A stretch of 39,448 nt of DNA from a virus. Lineage: Duplodnaviria > Heunggongvirae > Uroviricota > Caudoviricetes. Below, one piece after another: positions 26,556 to 36,828 of the stretch (position 1 is its first letter; the number at the start of each line of letters is the position of its first letter). The notes beneath the pieces are model-generated. The model saw only the letters and a list, made by a program, of their open reading frames with translations. It made no database searches and was not told where the DNA came from. Where the stretch lies: the IMG/VR virus record IMGVR_UViG_2585427754_000011, one strand, 5' to 3'. Position numbers and translations under genes: made by a program.

Positions 26556-27153
26556 TCTGCTGCCATCGGGGTCAACTTCACTGGAGCGCCGACTGGCGCA
26601 GACCTGTAGCGGGATTTCTGATCTGCAGGTGCCGCTGCGTGACTTGTGGAATCCGGCTACCTGCCCGGTCAGCTTCCTGCCTTATCTCGCCTGGGCGTTC
26701 TCTGTGGATCGCTGGGACGAAGGCTGGACAGAAAGCGTCAAGCGCCAGGTGGTGAAGGATGCTTTTTATATTCATCAGCATAAAGGGACCACCAGTGCCG
26801 TGCGGCGGGTGGTGGAGCCGTTCGGCTTTCTGATCCGCATTATTGAGTGGTGGCAGACCGGAGAGGCACCGGGCACGTTTCGTCTGGATATCGGCGTGCA
26901 GGACCAGGGCATCACTGAAGATACCTATCTGGAACTTGAGCGGCTGATAAGCGATGCCAAACCATGTAGCCGTCACATGATCGGCATGTCCATCAATCTG
27001 CAGACCAGCGGTCCGCATTGGGTGGGGGCCGCCAGCTATCTTGGCGAAGAAATCACGATCTATCCGTATATCAACGAAACAATTATTTCCGGCGGCACCG
27101 CGCATGAAGGTGGGGCGGTCCATGTTATTGACACAATGAGAGTGAATCCATGA
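26548..27153 (+). CDS. I: Baseplate protein I
   Basis: 201-aa ORF between J and the tail fibre gene. Confidence 0.75.
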   Translation: MNSLLPSGSTSLERRLAQTCSGISDLQVPLRDLWNPATCPVSFLPYLAWAFSVDRWDEGWTESVKRQVVKDAFYIHQHKGTTSAVRRVVEPFGFLIRIIEWWQTGEAPGTFRLDIGVQDQGITEDTYLELERLISDAKPCSRHMIGMSINLQTSGPHWVGAASYLGEEITIYPYINETIISGGTAHEGGAVHVIDTMRVNP

Positions 27154-28880
27154 GCACAAAATTTTATACCCTGCTGACGGATATTGGCGCGGCGAAACTT
27201 GCCAGCGCCGCCGCGCTCGGTGTGCCTTTAAAAATTACCCATATGGCGGTCGGCGATGGCGGCGGAACATTGCCAACGCCGGACGCAAAGCAGACAGCAT
27301 TGGTAAATGAGAAACGCCGGGCTGCGCTGAATATGCTCTATATCGACCCGCAGAACAGCAGCCAGATTATTGCCGAACAGGTGATCCCAGAAAACGAGGG
27401 CGGTTGGTGGATACGTGAAGTGGGCCTGTTTGATGAGTCCGGGGCATTGATTGCCGTGGGCAACTGCCCGGAAAGCTATAAGCCACAACTGGCTGAAGGC
27501 AGCGGGCGCACCCAGACCGTGCGCATGGTGCTGATTACCAGCAGTACGGACAATATCACCCTGAAAATCGACCCTGCTGTCGTGCTGGCAACCCGTCATT
27601 ATGTAGATCAACAAATAGAAATTCATGAGCAATCGCGCCGCCATCCTTCTGCGTCTTTGACAGAAAAGGGATTTGTACGTCTGTATAGCGGTGTGGAAAG
27701 CAATGATGAAACAGTCGCTGCAACGCCAAAAGCAGTGAAAATAGCGATGGATAATGCCAGCGCCAGACTGGCAAAAGACCGCAATGGTTCTGATATTCCC
27801 AATCCGGCACTGTTTGTTCAGAATCTGGGATTGAAAACGACTGTTGATAAAGCTGCATCAGCGATTCAGCCAGGAGATTATGGAATTGGCCTGGCTTATC
27901 TGAAAACCATGGGAACCAAATCGCAATTTTTTGCTTATGGTACAGCTGTCGGCTATCCAGAAGTGCCAACACATGGTGCTGGTTTCCAGGCCTGTTACAA
28001 CGACAATCGACGTGCACAGATTTATGTCGCTAATGATGGCAAGATGTACTGTCGATTCAGCATGTTATCGAAAATTGCCGATGATGAAACACCGTGGAAT
28101 CAGGTGTTCACCAGTGCACATTATCCAGAAGCATCAGTGAGTGTTAAAGGAATGGTGCAACTGGGGAACGATGTAAACAGCGTGTCAGAAAATGTTGCGG
28201 CGACATTGAAAGCGGTAAAAATTGCGATGGACAACGCCAGCGCGAGACTGGCAAAGGACCGCAATGGTGCTGATATTCCTGACCCGACTTTGTTTATTCA
28301 GAATCTGGGACTTAAACCGACGGTTGATAAGGCTGAAAGTGCTCTGCAACAGGGAGCATACGGAATCGGTAGCAATAATAACTACGAAATGGGTGAGGTT
28401 TCACAGTTTCTTGCATATTCAGGTAATGCAGATGAAGTGCCATCGAATGGTGCAGGTTTTCAGGCTGCGTATAACAAGAACAGACGCGCGCAGATTTTCA
28501 TCACCGGAGCAGGGGAAATGTATCACCGTTTCAGCGGCTCTGATACGGTTAAAGACAATACAACACTATGGCGTCGGGGTGTTTGTGAAGATGAATTTTC
28601 ATTTGGCAGCAATTATCACCGAATAACTGGCGGTGTGCTGAAGCAGTTTTTTAACAGTTATTTTTCCGGGGCAACTGGTGTGGTGAATAAAGAGTATCAG
28701 GTGAATTTTCCGACACCATTTGCCCGTCAGTGCTGGTACGTGATCCCCGTTTTCCGTTCGTCACACGGTGGGAGTGTTGAGGGTGTCGCCATTACAGCTA
28801 TTACTGCAACTGGCTTTACTCTGAGCATCACCGGAGATAACGGTGGATGGAATATTGGGTTTATTGCGGAGGGGGTCTGA
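27150..28880 (+). CDS. H: Tail fibre protein H, with an internal tandem duplication
   Basis: Conserved N-terminus MSTKFYTLLTDIGAAKLA...; two ~150-aa repeat units in the C-terminal half. Confidence 0.8.
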   Translation: MSTKFYTLLTDIGAAKLASAAALGVPLKITHMAVGDGGGTLPTPDAKQTALVNEKRRAALNMLYIDPQNSSQIIAEQVIPENEGGWWIREVGLFDESGALIAVGNCPESYKPQLAEGSGRTQTVRMVLITSSTDNITLKIDPAVVLATRHYVDQQIEIHEQSRRHPSASLTEKGFVRLYSGVESNDETVAATPKAVKIAMDNASARLAKDRNGSDIPNPALFVQNLGLKTTVDKAASAIQPGDYGIGLAYLKTMGTKSQFFAYGTAVGYPEVPTHGAGFQACYNDNRRAQIYVANDGKMYCRFSMLSKIADDETPWNQVFTSAHYPEASVSVKGMVQLGNDVNSVSENVAATLKAVKIAMDNASARLAKDRNGADIPDPTLFIQNLGLKPTVDKAESALQQGAYGIGSNNNYEMGEVSQFLAYSGNADEVPSNGAGFQAAYNKNRRAQIFITGAGEMYHRFSGSDTVKDNTTLWRRGVCEDEFSFGSNYHRITGGVLKQFFNSYFSGATGVVNKEYQVNFPTPFARQCWYVIPVFRSSHGGSVEGVAITAITATGFTLSITGDNGGWNIGFIAEGV

Positions 28881-29314
28881 TGAGTTATTTTTACAGTCCA
28901 TCAAGAAATGCATTTTATAACAGTGAACTGAAATCTGATTATTACGATGCTCTCGATGCGTGGCCGGATGACTGTATTGAGGTAAGTGATGCAGTCTATC
29001 AGGAGTTTTATCTTGGTTATCGGGAAGGGTACAAAATGGTTGCAGGCACTGATAACCAGCCATCATGGGAAGAACGTCCACCATTGACCCATGAGGAACA
29101 GGTGGAACAGGCAGAAATGATGAAACAGATGCGCATTAATGAGGCTAACAACCTGATTAATGAAAAACAATGGCCATCAAAATTACAGCTTGGCAGGCTG
29201 AACGAAATGGAGACAACCAGATTTAATGCGATGCTGGATTATCTTGAGTTACTTGAAAATATTAATGTAAGTGATGCCCCGGATATAGTCTGGCCTTTAT
29301 CACCAGAAGTCTGA
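28880..29314 (+). CDS. G: Tail fibre assembly chaperone G
   Basis: ATG overlaps the H stop (TGATG). Confidence 0.7.
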   Translation: MSYFYSPSRNAFYNSELKSDYYDALDAWPDDCIEVSDAVYQEFYLGYREGYKMVAGTDNQPSWEERPPLTHEEQVEQAEMMKQMRINEANNLINEKQWPSKLQLGRLNEMETTRFNAMLDYLELLENINVSDAPDIVWPLSPEV

Positions 29315-29328
29315 ATACATCCCCGCGT

Positions 29329-29348
29329 CTGCGGGGATTCCTGTATCC
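29329..29348 (+). terminator. Hairpin after G
   Basis: atccccgc-gtct-gcggggat. Confidence 0.45.
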
Positions 29349-29353
29349 GCCGT

Positions 29354-29371
29354 TGTGCCATTTTTCATACA
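29354..29371. promoter_or_regulatory. Late-promoter activator site (TGT-N12-ACA) upstream of FI
   Basis: TGT gccatttttcat ACA, 76-93 bp upstream of the FI ATG. Confidence 0.45.
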
Positions 29372-29446
29372 AACCACATAACGTGCATCCTGCTCGTATC
29401 AACCAGAACATAGGCAGACCCCCTCTACTACCGGAGAGACTGCCTT

Positions 29447-30619
29447 ATGGCTCAGGATTACCACCACGGGGTGCGCGTTGTTGAAGTCAACGAAGGCACC
29501 CGATCCATTACCACGGTGAGCACCGCCATCGTGGGTATGGTCTGCACGGGCGATGATGCCGATGCAAAAATGTTTCCTCTTAATAAACCCGTGCTGATCA
29601 CTGATGTGCTGACTGCCAGCGGTAAAGCGGGTGAGTCCGGTACGCTGGCCCGTTCGCTGGACGCCATCGCTGACCAGGCAAAACCCGTGACCGTTGTTGT
29701 GCGTGTGCCGCAGGGTGAAACGGAAGAAGAAACCACGACCAATATCATCGGCGCAGTGACTGCTGAAGGTAAAAAAACAGGCATGAAAGCCCTGTTATCT
29801 GCCCAGTCACAGCTCGGCGTTAAACCGCGCATTCTCGGCGTGCCAGGTCACGACACGAAGGCGGTAGCTACTGAGTTGCTGAGCGTGGCGCAAAGCCTGC
29901 GTGGGTTTGCTTACCTGTCAGCGTATGGTTGCAAGACGGTGCAGGAAGCAATCACTTACCGTGAAAACTTCAGTCAGCGTGAAGGAATGCTGATCTGGCC
30001 TGACTTTACTGGCTGGGACACGGTGCTGAATGCCGAAGCAACGGCATATGCCACCGCCCGTGCGCTTGGTCTGCGCGCCAAAATTGACGAGCAGACCGGA
30101 TGGCACAAAAGCCTGTCCAACGTGGGCGTGAACGGTGTCACCGGAATTTCTGCAGATGTGTTCTGGGATCTGCAGGACCCGGCAACTGATGCGGGACTGC
30201 TTAACCAGAACGACGTCACCACGCTTGTGCGCAAGGATGGTTTCCGCTTCTGGGGTTCCCGCTGTCTGAGCGATGATCCGCTTTTTGCTTTCGAAAACTA
30301 CACTCGCACGGCGCAGGTGCTGACGGACACAATGGCAGAAGCGCACATGTGGGCGGTGGACAAACCGCTGAACCCGTCGCTGGCGCGCGACATTATCGAG
30401 GGTATCCGCGCCAAAATGCGCAGCCTGGTAAGTCAGGGGTATCTCATTGGTGGTGATTGCTGGCTGGACGAGTCGGTGAACGACAAAGACACCCTGAAAG
30501 CCGGAAAACTCACCATCGATTACGACTACACGCCAGTGCCGCCACTTGAAAACCTGATGCTGCGTCAGCGCATCACCGATCAGTACCTGGTGAATTTCTC
30601 CAGCCAGGTCAGCGCGTAA
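29447..30619 (+). CDS. FI: Tail sheath protein FI
   Basis: 390 aa, position after G. Confidence 0.9.
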   Translation: MAQDYHHGVRVVEVNEGTRSITTVSTAIVGMVCTGDDADAKMFPLNKPVLITDVLTASGKAGESGTLARSLDAIADQAKPVTVVVRVPQGETEEETTTNIIGAVTAEGKKTGMKALLSAQSQLGVKPRILGVPGHDTKAVATELLSVAQSLRGFAYLSAYGCKTVQEAITYRENFSQREGMLIWPDFTGWDTVLNAEATAYATARALGLRAKIDEQTGWHKSLSNVGVNGVTGISADVFWDLQDPATDAGLLNQNDVTTLVRKDGFRFWGSRCLSDDPLFAFENYTRTAQVLTDTMAEAHMWAVDKPLNPSLARDIIEGIRAKMRSLVSQGYLIGGDCWLDESVNDKDTLKAGKLTIDYDYTPVPPLENLMLRQRITDQYLVNFSSQVSA

Positions 30620-30628
30620 GGGGACAAC

Positions 30629-31144
30629 ATGGCTTTACCACGCAAATTAAAACACCTGAACCTGTTTAATGACGGGAACAACTGGCAGGGAATCGTTGAG
30701 TCGCTGACGCTGCCGAAATTCACCCGCAAATATGAGAAGTATCGCGGCGGCGGAATGCCGGGGGCGGTGGATGTGGATCTGGGACTGGATGACAGTGCAC
30801 TGGATACAGAATTTTCCATTGGTGGTACTGAACTGCTGCTGTTTAAGCAGATGGGCAAATCCACGGTGGATGGCATCCAGCTGCGCTTTACCGGCTCTAT
30901 CCAGCGTGACGATACCGGGGAAGTGCAGGCCGTGGAGCTTGTCGTGCGTGGACGTCACAAAGAAGTGGATTCCGGCGAGTGGAAGACGGGCGAAAGCAAC
31001 ACCACCAAAGTGACCAGTACCAACAGCTACGCGAAGCTGACCATCAATGGTGAGGTGCTCTATGAAGTGGACCTTATCAACATGGTGGAAATTGTGGACG
31101 GTGTGGACCTGATGGAAGCGCACCGCAACGCCCTCGGCCTCTGA
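30629..31144 (+). CDS. FII: Tail tube protein FII
   Basis: 171 aa, directly after the sheath gene. Confidence 0.85.
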   Translation: MALPRKLKHLNLFNDGNNWQGIVESLTLPKFTRKYEKYRGGGMPGAVDVDLGLDDSALDTEFSIGGTELLLFKQMGKSTVDGIQLRFTGSIQRDDTGEVQAVELVVRGRHKEVDSGEWKTGESNTTKVTSTNSYAKLTINGEVLYEVDLINMVEIVDGVDLMEAHRNALGL

Positions 31145-31198
31145 TATATCTGAACGGCGCGGGATACCGCGCCAGAACCCAATTGACAGGACAGCAAA

Positions 31199-31501
31199 AT
31201 GAGCGATAAGCAGACTGAAAAGACCATTCAACTGGATACCCCCATCAAGCGCGGTAAAACAGAAATCACCGAAATTGTGCTGCGTAAACCGCAGTCCGGT
31301 GCGCTGCGCGGTACACGCCTGCAGGCCATTATGGATATGGATGTAAACGCGATGATGACCGTGATCCCCCGCATCTCCAGTCCGGCACTGACTGCACAGG
31401 AAATTGCAGAGATGGACCCGGCAGATCTCACTGCCATGTCGGTTGAGGTTGTCACTTTTTTGTTGAAGAAGTCGGTGCTTGCCGGTTTACCGACAGCCTG
31501 A
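31199..31501 (+). CDS. E: Tail assembly chaperone E
   Basis: 100-aa ORF containing the T_TTT_TTG slippery site at 31456-31462. Confidence 0.7.
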   Translation: MSDKQTEKTIQLDTPIKRGKTEITEIVLRKPQSGALRGTRLQAIMDMDVNAMMTVIPRISSPALTAQEIAEMDPADLTAMSVEVVTFLLKKSVLAGLPTA

Positions 31502-31635
31502 CGGTTGACGATCTGGTGGCAGATATCGCCACCATTTTTCACTGGCCGCCATCCGTTACTGACGTTATGCCGCTGACCGAAGTGCTGGAATGGCGGTATA
31601 AAGCGATTCAGAGAAGCGGGGCCAACGATGAGTGA
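31199..31635 (+). CDS. E': E+E' frameshift fusion (predicted -1 frameshift at 31456-31462)
   Basis: The -1 frame after the slippery heptamer stays open to a TGA at ~31633-31635, overlapping the T start. Confidence 0.5.
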
Positions 31636-34600
31636 TAACAACCTGCGTCTGCAGGTCATTCTTAATGCGGTTGACAAGCTCACCCGCCCATTTCGATCTG
31701 CGCAGGCCAGTTCAAGAGAACTGGCTGCTGCTGTCAAAAAATCCCGCGATGCAATAAAGCAGCTTGATCAGGCCGGGAGCAGTCTGGACAGCTTCCGAAA
31801 GCTGCAGGCAGAAAATCAGAAATTAGGCGACAGGCTGAACTATGCCCGCCAGCGTGCAAATTTGCTCAGTCAGGAACTGGGAGCGATGGGGCCGCCTTCG
31901 CAACGTCAGGTTGTTGCTCTGGGCCGTCAACGGCTGGCTGTTCAGCGCCTGGAAGAACGCCAGAAAAAGCTGCAGCAGCAGACGGCGCTTGTGCGTGCTG
32001 AACTGTACCGGGCGGGAATTTCTGCGAAAGATGATGCGGGAGCAACTGCCCGTTTAGCCCGTGAAACATCACGTTATAACCAGGAACTGTCGAAACAGGA
32101 GGCGCGGCTGAAGCGACTGGGGGAAGCTCAGCGCAGGATGAATGCAGCGCGTGCCAGTTATGCCCGTTCGCTGGAGGTGCGTGATCGTATTGCAGGTGCC
32201 GGAGCCACTACCACGGCGGCAGGGCTGGCAATGGGCGCGCCAGTGATGGCGGCAGTAAAAAGCTATACCAGCATGGAAGATGCCATGAAAGGTGTGGCAA
32301 AGCAGGTCAATGGTCTGCGTGACGATAATGGCAACCGCACTGCACGTTTTTATGAAATGCAGGATGCCATCAAGGCTGCCAGCGAACAGTTGCCGATGGA
32401 AAACGGTGCGGTAGACTTCGCTGCACTGGTTGAAGGTGGTGCGCGCATGAACGTCGCAAACCCTGACGACAGCTGGGAAGACCAGAAACGTGACCTGCTG
32501 GCCTTCGCCAGCACGGCAGCAAAGGCGGCAACAGCCTTTGAGCTGCCAGCGGATGAACTGTCAGAAAGTCTGGGGAAAATCGCCCAGCTCTACAAAATAC
32601 CTACCCGCAATATTGAACAGCTCGGCGATGCACTGAACTATCTGGATGATAACGCCATGTCGAAAGGGGCGGACATCATTGATGTGATGCAACGTCTGGG
32701 CGGTGTGGCTGACCGTCTGGATTATCGTAAAGCGGCGGCACTGGGTTCCACCTTTCTGACACTGGGCGCTGCGCCGGAGGTTGCAGCCAGTGCAGCAAAC
32801 GCGATGGTGCGTGAATTGTCCATTGCCACCATGCAAAGCAAGAGTTTCTTTGAAGGGATGAATCTGCTGAAACTCAATCCTGAAGTGATTGAAAAGCAGA
32901 TGACGAAGGATGCGATGGGAACTATCCAGCGTGTGCTGGAGAAGGTGAACGCACTGCCGCAGGACAAGCGTCTGTCTGCCATGACTATGTTGTTTGGCAA
33001 AGAGTTTGGCGATGACGCGGCGAAACTGGCAAACAACCTGCCGGAACTGCAGCGTCAGTTAAAACTGACAGCGGGCAATGATGCGCTTGGCTCCATGCAG
33101 AAAGAATCCGACATTAACAAGGATTCACTTTCTGCGCAGTGGTTGCTGGTCAAAACCGGAGCGCAGAACACCTTCAGCAGCCTGGGCGAAACGCTGCGCC
33201 AGCCGCTGATGGATATTCTGTACACGGTGAAAAGCGTCACGGGGGCGTCGCGTCGCTGGGTGGAAGCTAACCCGGAACTGACAGGCACACTGATGAAAGC
33301 ATCGGCTGTTGTGGCTGCGGTTACCGTCGGCCTCGGCACCTTAGCGGTGGCGCTGGCTGCAGTGCTGGGGCCGCTGGCAGTCATCCGTCTGGGATTCTCT
33401 GTGTTGGGTATCAAAACGTTATCTTCCGTTACGGCAGCAGTAACTCGAACCAGCAGCGCGTTGTCCTGGCTGGCTGGCGCACCACTGGCACTGCTGCGAC
33501 GCGGGCTTGCTTCATCCGGCAACGCCGCAGGTTTACTTACTGCGCCGTTGTCGTCTTTGCGCCGCACGGCATCACTGACGGGAAATGTCCTGAAAACTGT
33601 AGCAGGTGCGCAGGTTGCACTTTTGCGGTCTGGATTATCCGGTTTACGTGCTGTTGCTGTGATGTTTATGAATCCTCTGGCGGTACTGCGCGGTGGACTG
33701 GCCGCCGCAGGCACGGTGCTGCGAGTACTGGCATCTGGTCCACTGGCGATGCTGCGCGTTGCCCTGTATGCCGTATCTGGTCTGTTAGGTGCTCTGCTCA
33801 GTCCGATAGGTCTTGTGGTTACTGCACTGGCGGGCGTGGCGCTGGTTGTCTGGAAATACTGGCAACCCATCACCGCATTTCTTGGTGGCGTGGTGGAAGG
33901 ATTCAAAGCGGCGGCAGGTCCCGTCAGTGCAGCATTCGAACCGCTTAAGCCCGTGTTCCAGTGGATTGGCGACAAAGTACAGGCGTTGTGGGGCTGGTTT
34001 ACTGATCTGCTGACGCCCGTTAAGTCGACCTCTGCCGAACTGCAGAGTGCAGCGGCAATGGGGCGGCGATTCGGGGAGGCACTGGCGGAAGGGCTGAATA
34101 TGGTCATGCATCCGCTGGACTCCCTGAAATCCGGCGTTTCCTGGTTGCTGGAGAAGCTCGGCATTGTCAGTAAAGAGGCCGCAAAGGCAAAACTGCCGGA
34201 AAGCGTGACGCGTCAGCAACCTGCGACGGTGAATGCAGACGGTAAAGTGATGACGCCATCGGGTGGTTTTCCATCATGGGGATATGGCTTTGCGGGGATG
34301 TATGACAGCGGCGGGGATATCCCGCGCGGGCAGTTTGGCATCGTCGGTGAAAACGGGCCGGAAATTGTTAACGGCCCGGCAAATGTGACCAGCCGGAGAA
34401 ATACAGCTGCACTGGCTGCCGTTGTTGCCGGAATGATGGGCGTTGCTGCCGCGCCTGCAGAGCTTCCACCGTTGCATCCTTTGGCACTTCCCGCGAAAGG
34501 CGGCGAAGCGATGGTGAGTCGTGCAGCCACTGTGCCGCTCGTTCAACGGATTGAGGCACCGACGCAGATCATCATTCAGACGCAGCCAGGACAAAGTGCG

Positions 34601-34705
34601 CAGGATATTGCGCGGGAGGTGGCACGCCAGCTTGATGAACGTGAACGCAGGCTGAAGGCAAAGGCCAGGAGTAACTACAGCGATCAGGGGGGATACGACG
34701 CATGA
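31628..34705 (+). CDS. T: Tail tape measure protein T
   Basis: 1025 aa, coiled-coil and Ala/Gly-rich hydrophobic repeats typical of tape measure proteins. Confidence 0.85.
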   Translation: MSDNNLRLQVILNAVDKLTRPFRSAQASSRELAAAVKKSRDAIKQLDQAGSSLDSFRKLQAENQKLGDRLNYARQRANLLSQELGAMGPPSQRQVVALGRQRLAVQRLEERQKKLQQQTALVRAELYRAGISAKDDAGATARLARETSRYNQELSKQEARLKRLGEAQRRMNAARASYARSLEVRDRIAGAGATTTAAGLAMGAPVMAAVKSYTSMEDAMKGVAKQVNGLRDDNGNRTARFYEMQDAIKAASEQLPMENGAVDFAALVEGGARMNVANPDDSWEDQKRDLLAFASTAAKAATAFELPADELSESLGKIAQLYKIPTRNIEQLGDALNYLDDNAMSKGADIIDVMQRLGGVADRLDYRKAAALGSTFLTLGAAPEVAASAANAMVRELSIATMQSKSFFEGMNLLKLNPEVIEKQMTKDAMGTIQRVLEKVNALPQDKRLSAMTMLFGKEFGDDAAKLANNLPELQRQLKLTAGNDALGSMQKESDINKDSLSAQWLLVKTGAQNTFSSLGETLRQPLMDILYTVKSVTGASRRWVEANPELTGTLMKASAVVAAVTVGLGTLAVALAAVLGPLAVIRLGFSVLGIKTLSSVTAAVTRTSSALSWLAGAPLALLRRGLASSGNAAGLLTAPLSSLRRTASLTGNVLKTVAGAQVALLRSGLSGLRAVAVMFMNPLAVLRGGLAAAGTVLRVLASGPLAMLRVALYAVSGLLGALLSPIGLVVTALAGVALVVWKYWQPITAFLGGVVEGFKAAAGPVSAAFEPLKPVFQWIGDKVQALWGWFTDLLTPVKSTSAELQSAAAMGRRFGEALAEGLNMVMHPLDSLKSGVSWLLEKLGIVSKEAAKAKLPESVTRQQPATVNADGKVMTPSGGFPSWGYGFAGMYDSGGDIPRGQFGIVGENGPEIVNGPANVTSRRNTAALAAVVAGMMGVAAAPAELPPLHPLALPAKGGEAMVSRAATVPLVQRIEAPTQIIIQTQPGQSAQDIAREVARQLDERERRLKAKARSNYSDQGGYDA

Positions 34706-35187
34706 TGATGGTGCTGGGATTGTACGTGTTTATGCTGCGCACCGTTCCGTATCAGGAACTGCAGTATCAACGCAGCTGGCGACATGCGGCAAACAGTCGG
34801 GTAAACCGTCGTCCGTCCACGCAGTTTCTGGGACCGGAAAACGACATGCTGACGCTTTCCGGTGTTCTTATGCCGGAAATAACAGGCGGCAGGCTGTCGT
34901 TGCTGGCACTGGAGCAGATGGCAGAACAGGGGAAAGCATGGCCCCTGATTGAAGGCAGCGGCATGATTTATGGCATGTATGTGATTGAGGGACTGAATCA
35001 GACTAAAACGGAGTTTTTCCGCGATGGTATGCCGCGCCGGATTGAGTTTACCCTGTCGCTCAAACGGGTGGATGAATCCCTGTCCGATATGTTCGGTGAT
35101 CTCAGTGCGCAGCTGAATAATTTGCAGGATACGGCAACGTCTGCCTTAAGCGATATCAGTAAAACGGTGGGAGGGCTGCTGTCGTGA
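34702..35187 (+). CDS. U: Tail protein U
   Basis: 161-aa ORF between T and D. Confidence 0.8.
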   Translation: MMMVLGLYVFMLRTVPYQELQYQRSWRHAANSRVNRRPSTQFLGPENDMLTLSGVLMPEITGGRLSLLALEQMAEQGKAWPLIEGSGMIYGMYVIEGLNQTKTEFFRDGMPRRIEFTLSLKRVDESLSDMFGDLSAQLNNLQDTATSALSDISKTVGGLLS

Positions 35188-36284
35188 ATTTCAGCTCTGA
35201 ACTGCTTAACAAAGGCAACAAAACTCCCGCATTCAGCATCAGTATTGAGGGGAAGGATATCACCACTGTGCTGGATAACCGCCTGATGAGTCTGACGTTG
35301 ACGGACAATCGGGGCTTTGAAGCAGACCAGCTTGATCTGGAGCTGGACGACGCCGACGGAAAAATCGTGCTGCCGCGCCGTGGTGCGGTCATCACGCTGG
35401 CGCTGGGCTGGAAGGGGCAGCCGCTTTTCCCGAAAGGGGCATTCACGGTGGACGAGATTGAACACACCGGCGCACCGGATCGCCTGACTATCCGGGCGCG
35501 AAGTGCTGATTTTAGGGAAACGCTGAATCCCCGCCGTGAAAAATCGTGGCACAAGACCACTGTCGGGGAAGTGGTGAAGGAAATAGCCGCGCGTCATAAG
35601 CTGAAGATGGCACTGGGTAAAGACCTGTCGGATAAGCCCGTGGAGCATATAGACCAGACTAATGAGAGTGACGGCAGTTTTCTGATGCGGCTGGCGCGCC
35701 AGTACGGTGCCATCGCGTCGGTGAAAAATGGCAATCTGTTATTCATCCGGCAGGGACAGGGCAAAAGCGCCAGCGGTAAACCACTGCCGGTGATCTCAAT
35801 CACACGTAAGGACGGCGACAGTCACCGCTTTACCCTGGCAGATCGCGGAGCCTACACGGGCGTAATTGCCAGTTGGTTGCATACCCGCGAACCCGCGAAG
35901 AAAGAAAGCACCACGGTGAAGCGTAAGCGCAGGACTAAGAAGCAGAAGAAAGAGCCGGAAGCGAAGCAGGGCGATTACCTGGTGGGTACGGATGAAAACG
36001 TGCTGGTACTTAATCGCACTTATGCCAACCGGAGCAACGCCGAACGGGCAGCGAAAATGCAGTGGGAACGCCTGCAACGCGGCGTTGCATCATTCTCGCT
36101 ACAACTGGCGGAAGGGCGGGCAGATCTCTACACAGAAATGCCTGTGAAGGTCAGTGGCTTTAAACAGCCGATAGATGATGCGGAATGGACCATTACGACT
36201 CTGACGCATACCGTCAGCCCCGATAACGGTTTTACAACCAGTCTGGAGCTTGAAGTGAGGATTGATGATTTCGAAATGGAATGA
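35184..36284 (+). CDS. D: Tail protein D
   Basis: 366-aa ORF, last structural gene before ogr. Confidence 0.85.
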   Translation: MNFSSELLNKGNKTPAFSISIEGKDITTVLDNRLMSLTLTDNRGFEADQLDLELDDADGKIVLPRRGAVITLALGWKGQPLFPKGAFTVDEIEHTGAPDRLTIRARSADFRETLNPRREKSWHKTTVGEVVKEIAARHKLKMALGKDLSDKPVEHIDQTNESDGSFLMRLARQYGAIASVKNGNLLFIRQGQGKSASGKPLPVISITRKDGDSHRFTLADRGAYTGVIASWLHTREPAKKESTTVKRKRRTKKQKKEPEAKQGDYLVGTDENVLVLNRTYANRSNAERAAKMQWERLQRGVASFSLQLAEGRADLYTEMPVKVSGFKQPIDDAEWTITTLTHTVSPDNGFTTSLELEVRIDDFEME

Positions 36285-36374
36285 TTCTTCGCAATGGAGA
36301 ACTTTTAAGTTTGCAAAATGGAATAATGCGGTATCATTATTGTGAATTTAGCAAAAATGGGGAGAACTCGAAAA

Positions 36375-36593
36375 ATGATGATTTGCCCACTGTGTGGAAG
36401 TGCCGCCCATACTCGCAGCAGTTTTCAGGTATCTTCATTGACCAAAGAGCGTTACAACCAGTGCCAGAATATTAACTGCAGTCATACTTTTGTAACCCAT
36501 GAAACTTTTGTTCGTTCGATTGCAACGCCAAAAGAGTCAAATCCGGTTCAGCCGCATCCAATGAAATCAGGACAGGTGGCGCTCTCTCTTTGA
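36375..36593 (+). CDS. ogr: Late gene transcription activator (Ogr / 186 B zinc-finger)
   Basis: CPLCGSAAH...ERYNQCQNINCSHTF matches the Ogr/B Cys4 zinc-finger pattern as recalled. Confidence 0.8.
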   Translation: MMICPLCGSAAHTRSSFQVSSLTKERYNQCQNINCSHTFVTHETFVRSIATPKESNPVQPHPMKSGQVALSL

Positions 36594-36615
36594 CGCTGCC
36601 GCCATTTTGTCGCCA
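36594..36615. repeat. Putative attR core
   Basis: Direct repeat of 19-40, starting immediately after the ogr stop codon. Confidence 0.55.
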
Positions 36616-36828
36616 TCGTTAAAAAACAGTGCTTCTAACGTCATGATTTTAAACGGCATAAATTTCAGGCAACAAAAAACCCATCAACCTTGAACCGAAA
36701 TGGCGGGGGTGATGGGCTCCACAAAATGGGGACATCAAAGAAAAGCAGTGGCACTAATTAAGACTGATGCCCTGCGGAAAAGTTCTGCGGTTGTGCAAAA
36801 AAATTTCATTTTCAGGGCAACTTCAGTT

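Noticed and set aside
29315-29446. Classical Z/fun cargo hotspot between tail fibre chaperone G and tail sheath FI
   Set aside because: Only ~130 bp here, holding a terminator hairpin and a TGT-N12-ACA late-promoter site; no inserted gene.
30647-31231. 194-aa ORF antisense to tail tube FII
   Set aside because: Antisense to a conserved structural gene; no independent support.
33055-34164. 369-aa ORF antisense to the tape measure gene
   Set aside because: Lies wholly inside T on the opposite strand, with low-complexity Ala/Ser/Pro-rich translation typical of antisense frames in GC-rich coding DNA.
34998-35648. 216-aa ORF antisense to gene D
   Set aside because: Antisense to a conserved structural gene; no independent support.
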